Of a DNA stretch of 64,000 bases, positions 18,735-27,305 are shown piece after piece. Positions within the stretch are counted from its first letter, which is position 1. The number at the start of each line of letters is the position of its first letter. The DNA comes from Betaproteobacteria bacterium (GTDB lineage: Bacteria > Pseudomonadota > Gammaproteobacteria > Burkholderiales > Burkholderiaceae_C): the NCBI GenBank assembly GCA_031379415.1, contig JANNFE010000166.1, positions 156-64,155 of the forward strand, given 5' to 3'. The notes under the pieces are model-generated. The model was not told the DNA's origin and ran no database searches. It was given only the letters and a program-made list of their open reading frames with translations. Made by a program: the position numbers and the translations under genes.

Positions 18735-19358
18735 ATGAACGAGCCGCAGAACCCAGGTGCCCTGCGCCGCTTCATGCGCTGGCTGTTCACGCCGTCGGCG
18801 CGCTGGTCGCTGTTCACGCTGTTGCTGGTGGGTGGCGTGGCTGGCGCGGTGGCGGTCATCGGCACGCAGGTGGCGGTGCATATCACCGGCACCGACGAGT
18901 TCTGCGGCAACGCCTGCCACTCGCACGCCAAGTTCGTGTTCCCTGAGCACAAGACCTCGGCGCACTACAACAACCGCACCGGCGTGCGTGCCCTCTGCGT
19001 GGACTGCCACCTGCCGCACACCTACCCGGCCAAGCTCTTTGCCAAGGCCAAGGCCGGCATCAAGGACGGGCTGGCCGAGCTGCGCGGCACCATCGCCACG
19101 CAGGAGAAGTTCGAGCGTGAGCGCTGGCGCATGGCCAACATCGTGTGGGACGAGATGAAGGAGAACAACTCCGCCAACTGCCGCAGCTGCCACGACCCCG
19201 CCGCCTGGGACGCCAAGAAGCAGAGCGAAGACGCCACCAAGGCGCACAGGAAGTTCAGCGCGGGCAAGGCCACGTGCATCGAGTGCCACACCGGCGTGGC
19301 CCACAAGGAACCCGAAGAACCCAAGGCGCCTGCCATGGCAGCGTCTGCACCGGGCTGA
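18735..19358 (+). CDS. napC: NapC/NirT/CymA family tetraheme quinol dehydrogenase
   Basis: N-terminal TM, T.TDEFCGNACH, H..NRTGVRA.CVDCHLPH, NSANCRSCH, TCIECH.GVAH. Confidence 0.9.
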   Translation: MNEPQNPGALRRFMRWLFTPSARWSLFTLLLVGGVAGAVAVIGTQVAVHITGTDEFCGNACHSHAKFVFPEHKTSAHYNNRTGVRALCVDCHLPHTYPAKLFAKAKAGIKDGLAELRGTIATQEKFERERWRMANIVWDEMKENNSANCRSCHDPAAWDAKKQSEDATKAHRKFSAGKATCIECHTGVAHKEPEEPKAPAMAASAPG

Positions 19359-19489
19359 GTGCACCGCGAAGCGCAGGTCCGCCGTGCCTGCAGGGGACCG
19401 GTGGCGCAGCCATCTGCAGATCTTCTTGTGTCAGCACGTGTTGCGCGTTATTTTTGTGATTGGTGACTTCCCTTGGCCCACCAGCAACA

Positions 19490-19503
19490 CTGATGTGAAT
19501 CAA
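19490..19503. promoter_or_regulatory. FNR box CTGAT-GTGA-ATCAA
   Basis: One mismatch; in an AT-rich promoter patch upstream of mtrC. Confidence 0.7.
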
Positions 19504-19624
19504 CTTTTGCAGCAGGCTCGCTTGTAGATTGGCCTGCCGAAGACGAGACGTCCCGCGGGAATGCGTGCACCGCATCACCGCCGAAGCGCGCCGCGTCGGG
19601 CCGCACACATCGAGGAGAACATTC

Positions 19625-22402
19625 ATGAAGCAACGCCGCTGGATGGGATGTATCGCCTCGGGCCTGATGGCCGCCGTGCTGGCGGCCTGCGGCGGCAGCG
19701 GCGACACCGGCCCCGCCGGGCCCAACGGGCCTGCCGGCCCGGCCGGACCTGCCGGACCTGCGGGCCCGTCAGGACCTGCGGGCCCCGCAGGCCCTTCCGG
19801 TTCCGGCGGCGGCGCGACATTCGCCGTGGGCAGCAATGCGCTCACCAACACCAGCGCCATCACCGCCAATGCGGCGGCCTGGTCGGCGCTGGAGCCCGTG
19901 GTCACCATCACCAGCGTCACCATCACCGACAAGCCGGTGGTCAACTTCATGGTCAAGGACGGCTTCGGCCGCGCCGTCACCGGCCTGGGCAATACCAGCA
20001 AGTCGGCCACGGCGACGGCGGCCAGTCTGCCCAACCTGGCCTTCGCGCTGGCCAAGCTGCTGCCCGGCAGCAACGGCAGCCCCAGCAAGTGGGTGAGCTA
20101 CATCGTCACCACGGTGCCCAGCACCACCACGGCAGCGGCTCCCACGCGGCCCAGCACCGACAGCACGGGCACGCTGGTGGACAACGGCGACGGCAGCTAC
20201 CGCTACACCTTCTACCGCGACATCACGCAGGTCAAGACGCAGGTCGACGGCATGACGGTGAGCGGCACCAACAACAAGGCCGATCTCGGCGATCTCAGCT
20301 ACAACGCCAACCTCACGCACCGCTTGACGCTGCAGCTGTCCGGCAACGCACCCGCCACGGGCAGCAACACGCCCACCGGCGCCGCCTCGGCCGTGGCCGC
20401 GGTGCCGATGAAGAAGCCGGTGGACGTGATCTACGACTTCATCCCCTCCGCGGGCCGCGCGGTGACCAGCGCCGATGCCCAGCGCGACATCGTGGCCAAC
20501 GCCAAGTGCGAGGAATGCCACCGCAAGCTGGGCGGCATACCGGGCCTGAGCGAGGAGGCGGCCGCTGCCGGCTTCCACGGCGGCAGCCGCAACAACGTGC
20601 AGTACTGCACCGTCTGCCACACCGAGCAGCGCCGCTATGGCCGCGCCGAAGCCACGGCCACCACCAACGGTGCCATCAAGACCTTCACGAGCAGCTCCTA
20701 CGTGCTGGACAACCGCACCATCGGCGACCTGCCCAACTACATCCACAAGGTGCACGCCGGCCCGCTGCTGGCCCACAAGAACTACGACTACGGCGGCGTG
20801 GGCTTCAACGAGACCACCTATCCGCAGGACCTGCGCAACTGCACCAAGTGCCACGACGGCTCCACCACGTCCACTGCGAAGACGCTGCAGGGCGACAACT
20901 GGAAGAATGCGCCCAGCGCCAAGGCCTGCGGCTCCTGCCACGACGGCATCAACTTCGCCACCGGCACCGGCGTGCGCATGGCCGACGCCGTCAAGGGTCT
21001 GACCACCAGCGCCTTCGCCCACCCGGCCGGCCCGCAGGCCGACGACGCGCTGTGCGCGCTGTGCCACAAGCCCGACGTCATCGACGTCACCCACCTGCCG
21101 GTGACGCCGCCCAACCTGGCCAGTGCGCTGCACGTGGCCGGCGGCAACGCCAACAGCAACGCGGCCTGGATCGCTTCCAACGTGGCGCGCCTGCCCGCGG
21201 GTGCCATCGTCGTCACCTACGACGTGAAGACCGTCTCGCGCAACGCCGGCAAGCAGCCGGTGATGGTCTTCCGCATGCTGCAGAACGGCGCGCGCAAGGA
21301 CCTCAACGCCAACACCGCGGCAGAGCTGTGGGACGGCTACACCGGCGCGCCGAGCGTGTACTTCGTGTTCGCGGTGCCGCAGGACGGCATCGTCGCACCG
21401 GCCGACTTCAACGCCACCGCCTCGGTCTACCTGAAGACACTGTGGAAAGGCACGGGCACCGGCACCGCCGCCGGCACGCTGACCGGCCCCGACGCCGACG
21501 GCTACTACACCGCCACGCTGACCGGCGTGCAGGTGCCCGACAGCGCGAAGATGCTGACCGGCGGTCTGGGCTACTCCTACAACGTATCGAGCGCCCTGCC
21601 ACTGACGCAGACCAACCTGGCCGACTACCCCCTCACCGCCACCACGGTGCCCGGGCAGAGCAACCCGACCGGCGGCCTGATCGTCATTGCGCCCAACGTG
21701 CAGAAGGTGGCCACCGGCTACACGGGCCGGCGCGCCATCGTCACCGACGCCCGCTGCAACGCCTGCCACCAGGAGCTGGGCGCCTTCACCGAGGAAGCGT
21801 TCCATGGCGGCCAGCGCAACGACGCCACCACCTGCAGCTGGTGCCACACGCCCAACCGCGCCAGCAGCGGCTGGTCGGCCGACTCCACCAGCTTCATCCA
21901 CGCCACGCACGCGGCGGCCAAGCGCACGGTGGACTACAACTGGCATGCCGTGTCGGCCACCGAGGGCTTCTGGAAGATCGGCTACCCCGGCATCCTGAAC
22001 CAGTGCGAAACCTGCCACCTGCCGGGCACCTACGACTTCAGCGCCACGGCGTCGGCGGCAGCCATGGACAACCGGCCCTACCGCACGGTAGCCAGCGGCA
22101 CCTTGAGTCCATCGGTGTCGACCTCGCCCTACGTCAACACCGGCGTGAACTACGGCAGCGGCTACAGCTTCAATGCGGGCACCGGCGTCATTGCCGATGC
22201 CGCCGCCACGACGCTGGTGACCTCGCCCACGGCCACGGCCTGCTTCGCCTGCCACGACAGCAACCAAGCGGTGTCGCACTACAGGATCAACGGTGGTTCG
22301 ATCTACGCACCGCGCAGCACGGCGCTCGGCACCACCGAGACCTGCATGGTCTGCCACGGCCCCGGGCGCGTGGCCGAGATCAAGGCCTCGCACGCGAAGT
22401 GA
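19625..22402 (+). CDS. mtrC: OmcA/MtrC family decaheme outer-membrane lipoprotein cytochrome
   Basis: Lipobox LAAC; ten CxxCH in two groups of five separated by beta domains (GTLVDNGDGSY.YTF, RDIVA..KC, YPQD.RNCTKCH, RR.IV...RCNACH); GAGGAG SD. Confidence 0.92.
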   Translation: MKQRRWMGCIASGLMAAVLAACGGSGDTGPAGPNGPAGPAGPAGPAGPSGPAGPAGPSGSGGGATFAVGSNALTNTSAITANAAAWSALEPVVTITSVTITDKPVVNFMVKDGFGRAVTGLGNTSKSATATAASLPNLAFALAKLLPGSNGSPSKWVSYIVTTVPSTTTAAAPTRPSTDSTGTLVDNGDGSYRYTFYRDITQVKTQVDGMTVSGTNNKADLGDLSYNANLTHRLTLQLSGNAPATGSNTPTGAASAVAAVPMKKPVDVIYDFIPSAGRAVTSADAQRDIVANAKCEECHRKLGGIPGLSEEAAAAGFHGGSRNNVQYCTVCHTEQRRYGRAEATATTNGAIKTFTSSSYVLDNRTIGDLPNYIHKVHAGPLLAHKNYDYGGVGFNETTYPQDLRNCTKCHDGSTTSTAKTLQGDNWKNAPSAKACGSCHDGINFATGTGVRMADAVKGLTTSAFAHPAGPQADDALCALCHKPDVIDVTHLPVTPPNLASALHVAGGNANSNAAWIASNVARLPAGAIVVTYDVKTVSRNAGKQPVMVFRMLQNGARKDLNANTAAELWDGYTGAPSVYFVFAVPQDGIVAPADFNATASVYLKTLWKGTGTGTAAGTLTGPDADGYYTATLTGVQVPDSAKMLTGGLGYSYNVSSALPLTQTNLADYPLTATTVPGQSNPTGGLIVIAPNVQKVATGYTGRRAIVTDARCNACHQELGAFTEEAFHGGQRNDATTCSWCHTPNRASSGWSADSTSFIHATHAAAKRTVDYNWHAVSATEGFWKIGYPGILNQCETCHLPGTYDFSATASAAAMDNRPYRTVASGTLSPSVSTSPYVNTGVNYGSGYSFNAGTGVIADAAATTLVTSPTATACFACHDSNQAVSHYRINGGSIYAPRSTALGTTETCMVCHGPGRVAEIKASHAK
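19699..19800 (+). repeat. 9-bp-period repeat encoding collagen-like Gly-X-Y linker (GDT GPA GPN GPA GPA GPA GPA GPS GPA GPA GPS)
   Basis: ggccccgccgggcccaacgggcctgccggcccggccggacctgcc... directly after the lipidated Cys of MtrC. Confidence 0.85.
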
Positions 22403-22404
22403 CG

Positions 22405-22707
22405 ATGCGACACCGGCGCTTCTATGGACTGGCCCTGACATGGCTTGCCTTTGCAGCCGCGCAGGGCGCGGCCTGGGCTGCCCCGCAGGCATCAGCGACG
22501 CTGGTCGACATCAACAGCGCCAGCCGCCAGCAACTGCAGACGCTGCCCGGCGTCGGCGCGGCCGAGGCCGCCCGCATGGTTGCCGGCCGGCCCTACCTGA
22601 GCAAGGCTGAACTGGTGACCCGGCGGGTGCTGGCCACCGGGCCCTACCTGTCGCTGAAGAACCGTATCGTGGCCCTGCAGCCGGCTGCACCCCCGCGGCG
22701 GAAGTGA
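22405..22707 (+). CDS. Exported ComEA-like helix-hairpin-helix protein
   Basis: Signal peptide; LVDINSAS..QLQTLPGVG.A.A.R.VA.RPY.SK.ELV.R.VL HhH motif; 2 bp after the mtrC stop, stop abuts the mtrA ATG. Confidence 0.85.
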   Translation: MRHRRFYGLALTWLAFAAAQGAAWAAPQASATLVDINSASRQQLQTLPGVGAAEAARMVAGRPYLSKAELVTRRVLATGPYLSLKNRIVALQPAAPPRRK

Positions 22708-23667
22708 ATGGACATCCGCCATGCCTTCTGTGTCGGTCTGGTGCTGCTGGGCAGCCTGGCGGGATGCACACCCGCCGCGGCGCAGACCCCGGCCGCCGAC
22801 AGCGGCCCCGGCACTGAATACAGTGAGAAAGGTGCCGACACCTGCCTGGAGTGCCACGACGACGAGACGCCGGGCTACTCAGGCTCGGCCCTCTTCAAGG
22901 GCCGCCACGCCCACCGCGCCGACCCGCGTGCGCCCTTCGGCGCGGGCGGCCTGCAGTGCGAGGCCTGCCACGGCCCCGGCGGCCGCCACGCCGCCAAAGG
23001 CAGCAAGAAGAAGCTGACCATCAACAGCCTGAAGGCCGACTCCTTCCTGCCCGTGGCCGCGCGCAACCAGAGTTGCCTGGCCTGCCACCAGAACCAGGCC
23101 CGCAGCGCCTGGCACGCGGGTGCGCATGAACGCGGCAAGCTGGCCTGCACCGACTGCCACAAGATGCACGTGGAGAGCGACGCCGTACTCGTCAAGGCCA
23201 GCGAAGCCGCCGTGTGCTTTGCCTGCCACAAGCAGCAGCGCGCCGACTTCCACAAGACCTCGTCGCACCCGGTGCAGGGCGGCCGCATGAGCTGCAGCGA
23301 CTGCCACAACGCCCATGGCACGGTGGCCGCGGCCAGCCTGGTCAAGCCGACGCTGAACCAGACCTGCACCACCTGCCACGCCGACAAACGCGGCCCCAAG
23401 CTGTGGGAGCACGCGCCGGTGGCCGAAGACTGCGCGCTGTGCCACACGCCGCATGGTTCGGTGCGCCAGGCCATGCTCACCAAGAGCCCGCCGCAGCTGT
23501 GCCAGCAGTGCCACACGGCAGCGGGCCATCCTTCGGTGGCGCGCGGCGGCAACTCGCTGCCGGGTGGCAGCGGCAGCGCCATCTTTGCCGTGGCCGGCGG
23601 CTGCAGCAACTGCCACTCGGCGGTGCACGGCTCCAACCATCCCTCGGGCGCCAAGCTCATGCGCTGA
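22708..23667 (+). CDS. mtrA: DmsE/MtrA/MtoA family periplasmic decaheme cytochrome
   Basis: Ten CxxCH; YS.KGADTCL.CHD, LQCEACHGPG..H, S.HPV..G.MSCSDCHN.HG, KRGP.LWEHAPV.EDC..CH.PHGS, HGSNHPSG. Confidence 0.93.
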   Translation: MDIRHAFCVGLVLLGSLAGCTPAAAQTPAADSGPGTEYSEKGADTCLECHDDETPGYSGSALFKGRHAHRADPRAPFGAGGLQCEACHGPGGRHAAKGSKKKLTINSLKADSFLPVAARNQSCLACHQNQARSAWHAGAHERGKLACTDCHKMHVESDAVLVKASEAAVCFACHKQQRADFHKTSSHPVQGGRMSCSDCHNAHGTVAAASLVKPTLNQTCTTCHADKRGPKLWEHAPVAEDCALCHTPHGSVRQAMLTKSPPQLCQQCHTAAGHPSVARGGNSLPGGSGSAIFAVAGGCSNCHSAVHGSNHPSGAKLMR

Positions 23668-23696
23668 AGCGCAGCACCCCGCACCCGGACGCCACC

Positions 23697-25790
23697 ATGA
23701 GCCACACCACGCCCTTGCTGATCTTGGCCGCCTGCGGACTGTTGTCCGCAGCCGCCACGCAGGCCGTGGCAGCCGCGGACACCTCGAAGTGGACCTGCTC
23801 GGCCTGCCCCTACGAGAAGGCCGGTGTCAGCGGCAGTGTCGAAGCCGGCGCGGGTGCGGTGACGGGCGAGCGCGCGCGCTACGGTGCCGATAACGGCCTG
23901 AACGGCAAGCGCGGGTTCGGGGTGCTGGGTGGCACGCTGCGCTACCGAGATGGCACGGACCTCTACGGCAGTGGGGTGGCCGAGGACATCGGCCTCGACA
24001 TGCGGGCGCTGGCCGCCGAACTGGGGCGCGAAGGCAGCTGGCGCTTGAACCTCGGCGTCAGCCAGTGGCCGCATCAGCTGGAAGGCGCCGGCCGTTCGCC
24101 CTTCATCGGCGCCGGCAGCGGCGTGCAGACCCTGCCCTTCCCAGCCGCTGCATCACCGGCGCAGATGCCGCTGGCGAGCAGCCTGCAGCCGGTGGACCTG
24201 GGCACGCAGCGCACGCGCAGCGAATTGTCGGCACTGTGGATCGTCGGCCCCGAATGGACGCACCGCGTGAGCCTGCGCCATGACGTGCGCGACGGCACGC
24301 AGCGCCTGGGTGCTTCCTTCTTCTCCACCAGCAGCCTGCTGGCCGCGCCGGTGGACCAGACCACCGACCAGCTGGAACTGTCCACCAGCTACGCCGGCCG
24401 CGGCATCAACGCCACGCTGGCCTACCAAGCGTCGATCTTTCGCAACGCCGAAGGCTCGGTGACCTGGTCCAACCCCTACAACCCCGTGGTGGCCGGCGCC
24501 AGCCGCGGGCAGCTGGCGCTGGCACCGTCCAACCAGTTCCACCAGCTGATGGCCAGCGGAGGCATCGAACTCGCGCCGCGCATGCGGCTGAGCGGCGACG
24601 TGGCCATCGGCCGCATGACGCAGGACGAAGCCTTCCTGGCGCCGACGCTCAACCCGACGCTGGCCGCCGCGGCCAGCGCGGCCATGCCGGCAGCTTCGCT
24701 CGACGGCCGCGCCGACACTTTCAACGCCAGCGTGCAGCTGTCGGCCGCACCGGCCGAGGGCCTGCGCCTGAACGCCAGCGTGGCGCGCAACGTGCGCGAC
24801 AACCAGACCACCAGCCGGCTGTACCCGGCGCTGTCGACCGACACGTTCCTGGACCCTGGCGCGCGGCGCGCACCGGCTTTCAGCTTCAAGCAGAACCGCT
24901 TCAAGGCCGGTGCCGACTACCGCATCGGCCGCACCGCCACCGTGGCTGCAGGCGTGGAGCGCGACGAGCGCATCCGTTCCTGGCAGGACGTGGTGTCGAC
25001 GCGCGAGACCACGCTGTGGGCACGCGGCAGCGTGCAGCCCACGGAAGAACTGGCGCTGTCGCTGAAAGTCTCGCGTGCCGAGCGTGACCCCAGCAGCTAC
25101 GGCAGCGCCACCTGGGTCACGTCGCCGCAGAACCCGCTGCTGCGCAAGTTCAACCTGGCCGAGCGCAACCGCGAGACGGCCGCGCTGCGCGCCGACCTCA
25201 CGCTGAGCGAGGCGCTCAGCATCGGCCTGCACGTCGACCTGTCGCGCGACACCTTCCCCGACGCCGTGCTCGGCATGACGCTGGCGCGCAACCTGAGTGG
25301 TGGCGCCGACATCGCCTACACCGTGTCGGAGCAGACCCAGCTGCATGCCTTTGCGCAGGCCGAGCGCATGCGCTCGATGCAGGCCGGCAGCGAAGCCTTT
25401 GGCGCGCCCGACTGGTGGAGCCGCAGCCACGACACCGCGCACGTGCTGGGCTTCGGCGTCAAGCACAGCGCGCTGAAGGGGCGGCTCGAAGTTGGCGGTG
25501 ATGTCGTGATGTCGCGCTCGCGCGCCAACGTTGGCGTGGTTACCCGGGTGGCCGAAACACCCTACCCCACCGCCACGCAGCAGCGCGACAGCCTGCGACT
25601 GCACGCCACCTGGAAGCTGAAGGACGGCATGTCCATCGTCGGCCGCTACGCCTTCGAACGCCAGGCGCAGGCCGACTGGCGGCTCGACGGCCTACAGCCC
25701 GACACGCTGGTCAACCTGCTGGCCCTGGGTGAGACGCCGCCCAACTACCGCGTCAACGTCTTCAGCGTGGCGCTGCGCTACAGCTTCTGA
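23697..25790 (+). CDS. mtrB: MtrB/PioB family beta-barrel porin
   Basis: Signal peptide, N-terminal W.CSAC motif, P.D.TT, LAP.NQFHQ, G...QDE.FL, NPLLRKFNLA.R.R, C-terminal YSF. Confidence 0.92.
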   Translation: MSHTTPLLILAACGLLSAAATQAVAAADTSKWTCSACPYEKAGVSGSVEAGAGAVTGERARYGADNGLNGKRGFGVLGGTLRYRDGTDLYGSGVAEDIGLDMRALAAELGREGSWRLNLGVSQWPHQLEGAGRSPFIGAGSGVQTLPFPAAASPAQMPLASSLQPVDLGTQRTRSELSALWIVGPEWTHRVSLRHDVRDGTQRLGASFFSTSSLLAAPVDQTTDQLELSTSYAGRGINATLAYQASIFRNAEGSVTWSNPYNPVVAGASRGQLALAPSNQFHQLMASGGIELAPRMRLSGDVAIGRMTQDEAFLAPTLNPTLAAAASAAMPAASLDGRADTFNASVQLSAAPAEGLRLNASVARNVRDNQTTSRLYPALSTDTFLDPGARRAPAFSFKQNRFKAGADYRIGRTATVAAGVERDERIRSWQDVVSTRETTLWARGSVQPTEELALSLKVSRAERDPSSYGSATWVTSPQNPLLRKFNLAERNRETAALRADLTLSEALSIGLHVDLSRDTFPDAVLGMTLARNLSGGADIAYTVSEQTQLHAFAQAERMRSMQAGSEAFGAPDWWSRSHDTAHVLGFGVKHSALKGRLEVGGDVVMSRSRANVGVVTRVAETPYPTATQQRDSLRLHATWKLKDGMSIVGRYAFERQAQADWRLDGLQPDTLVNLLALGETPPNYRVNVFSVALRYSF

Positions 25791-25830
25791 GCCCCAGGCC
25801 CCAGGGCAGATACGCCCTGTTCGGGGCTGC

Positions 25831-25844
25831 TTGATCCACCGCAA
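25831..25844. promoter_or_regulatory. FNR-like box TTGAT-CCAC-CGCAA upstream of nuoA
   Basis: Perfect left half-site, two mismatches on the right; follows a CAGGGC-N6-GCCCTG hairpin after the mtrB stop. Confidence 0.45.
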
Positions 25845-25938
25845 CACCGCAAGGCCCGCCTCGCGTTCTGATGCGTCCCGACGAGGGCGACATCGGTGCC
25901 GTGCGCAGCCCCTCGAGTGATCACCACCGGCCCGTGCG

Positions 25939-26304
25939 ATGAATGCCTACGCGATCTTCCTGCTCTACCTGCTGCTCATCCTGGGCGTGGTGGCGCTCGT
26001 GCTGGCGCTCAACCGCGTGCTGGGCCCCAAACCCGTGGCCACGGCAACGAAGCTGGAGCCCTTCGAATGCGGCGCCACGCCGGTGAGCACGCTCAACGTG
26101 AAGGCCGTGCCCATCAAGTACTACGCGGTGGCCATCGTCTTCGTGCTCTTCGACCTGGAGACGGTCTTCCTCTTCATCTGGGCGCTGGCGGCACAGCCGC
26201 TCACCGGCTTCATGCTGGGCACGCTGTTCGCCTTCCTGTTCCTGCTGGTGCTGATCCTGCTGGTCGTCTACAAGGCGCGGCTGCTCGAGGCGGTGACCGA
26301 ATGA
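25939..26304 (+). CDS. nuoA: NADH-quinone oxidoreductase subunit A
   Basis: K.EPFECG, KYY.VAI.F.LFD.E..FL..W. Confidence 0.92.
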   Translation: MNAYAIFLLYLLLILGVVALVLALNRVLGPKPVATATKLEPFECGATPVSTLNVKAVPIKYYAVAIVFVLFDLETVFLFIWALAAQPLTGFMLGTLFAFLFLLVLILLVVYKARLLEAVTE

Positions 26305-26825
26305 GCAGCTACGGCCGCAGCATCCCCATCGTGCCCGCCGACCACACGAAGGACGGCGCCTTCGAGATACTCACCACGCGCAAGGACGAACTCATCGGCT
26401 GGGCGCGCAAGTTCTCGATCTTTCCCTACCCCTTCGTCACGGCCTGCTGCGCCATGGAGTTCATGGCCGTCAGCGCCACGCCCTACGACACCGACCGCTT
26501 CGGCGCCGCCCTGCCCCGCTTCAGCCCGCGCCAGGCCGACCTGCTGATGGTGGTGGGCACCGTCACGCACAAGCAGGCGCCCATCCTGCTGAAGGTGTAC
26601 GAACAGATGTGCGAGCCCAAGTGGGTGATGGCCTTCGGCGTCTGTGCCAGCAGCGGCGGCTTCTACCAGAACTACGCGGCGCTGCCGGGCATCGACCGCA
26701 TCATTCCGGTGGACGTGTATGTCCCGGGCTGCCCACCGCGGCCCGAGATGGTGATCGACGGGATCATGCAGCTGCAGGACAAGATCGCGCGCGCCAGCCA
26801 CGTCATCCTGACGAAGACCTTCTGA
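26301..26825 (+). CDS. nuoB: NADH-quinone oxidoreductase subunit B
   Basis: ACCAMEF, SPRQADL..V.GT, G.CASSGG, VDVYVPGCPPRPE (cluster N2 ligands). Confidence 0.95.
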   Translation: MSSYGRSIPIVPADHTKDGAFEILTTRKDELIGWARKFSIFPYPFVTACCAMEFMAVSATPYDTDRFGAALPRFSPRQADLLMVVGTVTHKQAPILLKVYEQMCEPKWVMAFGVCASSGGFYQNYAALPGIDRIIPVDVYVPGCPPRPEMVIDGIMQLQDKIARASHVILTKTF

Positions 26826-26827
26826 GC

Positions 26828-27301
26828 ATGGCGGCCGACATCTTCGACACCTTGCAGGACACGCTCTCGCCGCTGGCTGGGCCGGGTGTCGTGCAGCATG
26901 GCGTGCTCGTGTTCCAGCCGCCGGCGGCCGAGTTGCTGCCCGTGGTGCGCCGGCTGAAGGACCTCTACGCCTTCGACATCTTCCTCGACGTCACCGCCAT
27001 CGACTGGCCCGCCGATGCGCTGCGCTTCGAGGTCGTGCACCACTTCTACAGCAGCATGCACAAGCAACGTGTGCGCCTGAAGACGCGGGTGGCCGAAGCC
27101 GACCCCTGCGTCGATACGCTCATCACGCTCTACCGCTCGGCCGCCTACATGGAGCGCGAGTGCCACGACATGTACGGCATCGTCTTCCGCGGCAATGCCG
27201 ACCTGCGCCCCATCCTGCTCTACGAAGGCTTCGTCGGCCACCCGCTGCGCAAGGACTACCCCAAGCAGGCCGAGCAGCCGCTCGTGCCCTACCGGAACTG
27301 A
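26828..27301 (+). CDS. nuoC: NADH-quinone oxidoreductase subunit C
   Basis: DVTAIDW, RFEVV.H, ERE.HDMYGI.F.G..DLRPILL...F.GHPLRKDYP. Confidence 0.93.
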   Translation: MAADIFDTLQDTLSPLAGPGVVQHGVLVFQPPAAELLPVVRRLKDLYAFDIFLDVTAIDWPADALRFEVVHHFYSSMHKQRVRLKTRVAEADPCVDTLITLYRSAAYMERECHDMYGIVFRGNADLRPILLYEGFVGHPLRKDYPKQAEQPLVPYRN

Positions 27302-27305
27302 CGCC

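Noticed and set aside
19376-19399. GGTCC..GGACC stem with an internal CCTGCAGG palindrome upstream of mtrC
   Set aside because: Short stem, no recognisable riboswitch or terminator features.
19699-19800. Possible CRISPR or DNA repeat array
   Set aside because: 9-bp periodicity with synonymous variation, no spacers; it is a coding Gly-Pro-X repeat.
19561-22707. Very long overlapping ORFs (1048 aa plus strand, 907 aa minus strand) over mtrC
   Set aside because: High-GC shadow frames with Arg/Ala/Gly-rich nonsense; only the last 100 aa of the plus-strand ORF (HhH protein) is real.
22405-22707. Natural competence locus
   Set aside because: No comEC, pilus or dprA genes nearby; the gene is embedded in the mtr operon.
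23791-23806. CSAC in MtrB as a heme site
   Set aside because: No His follows; this is the known N-terminal CxxC of MtrB porins.
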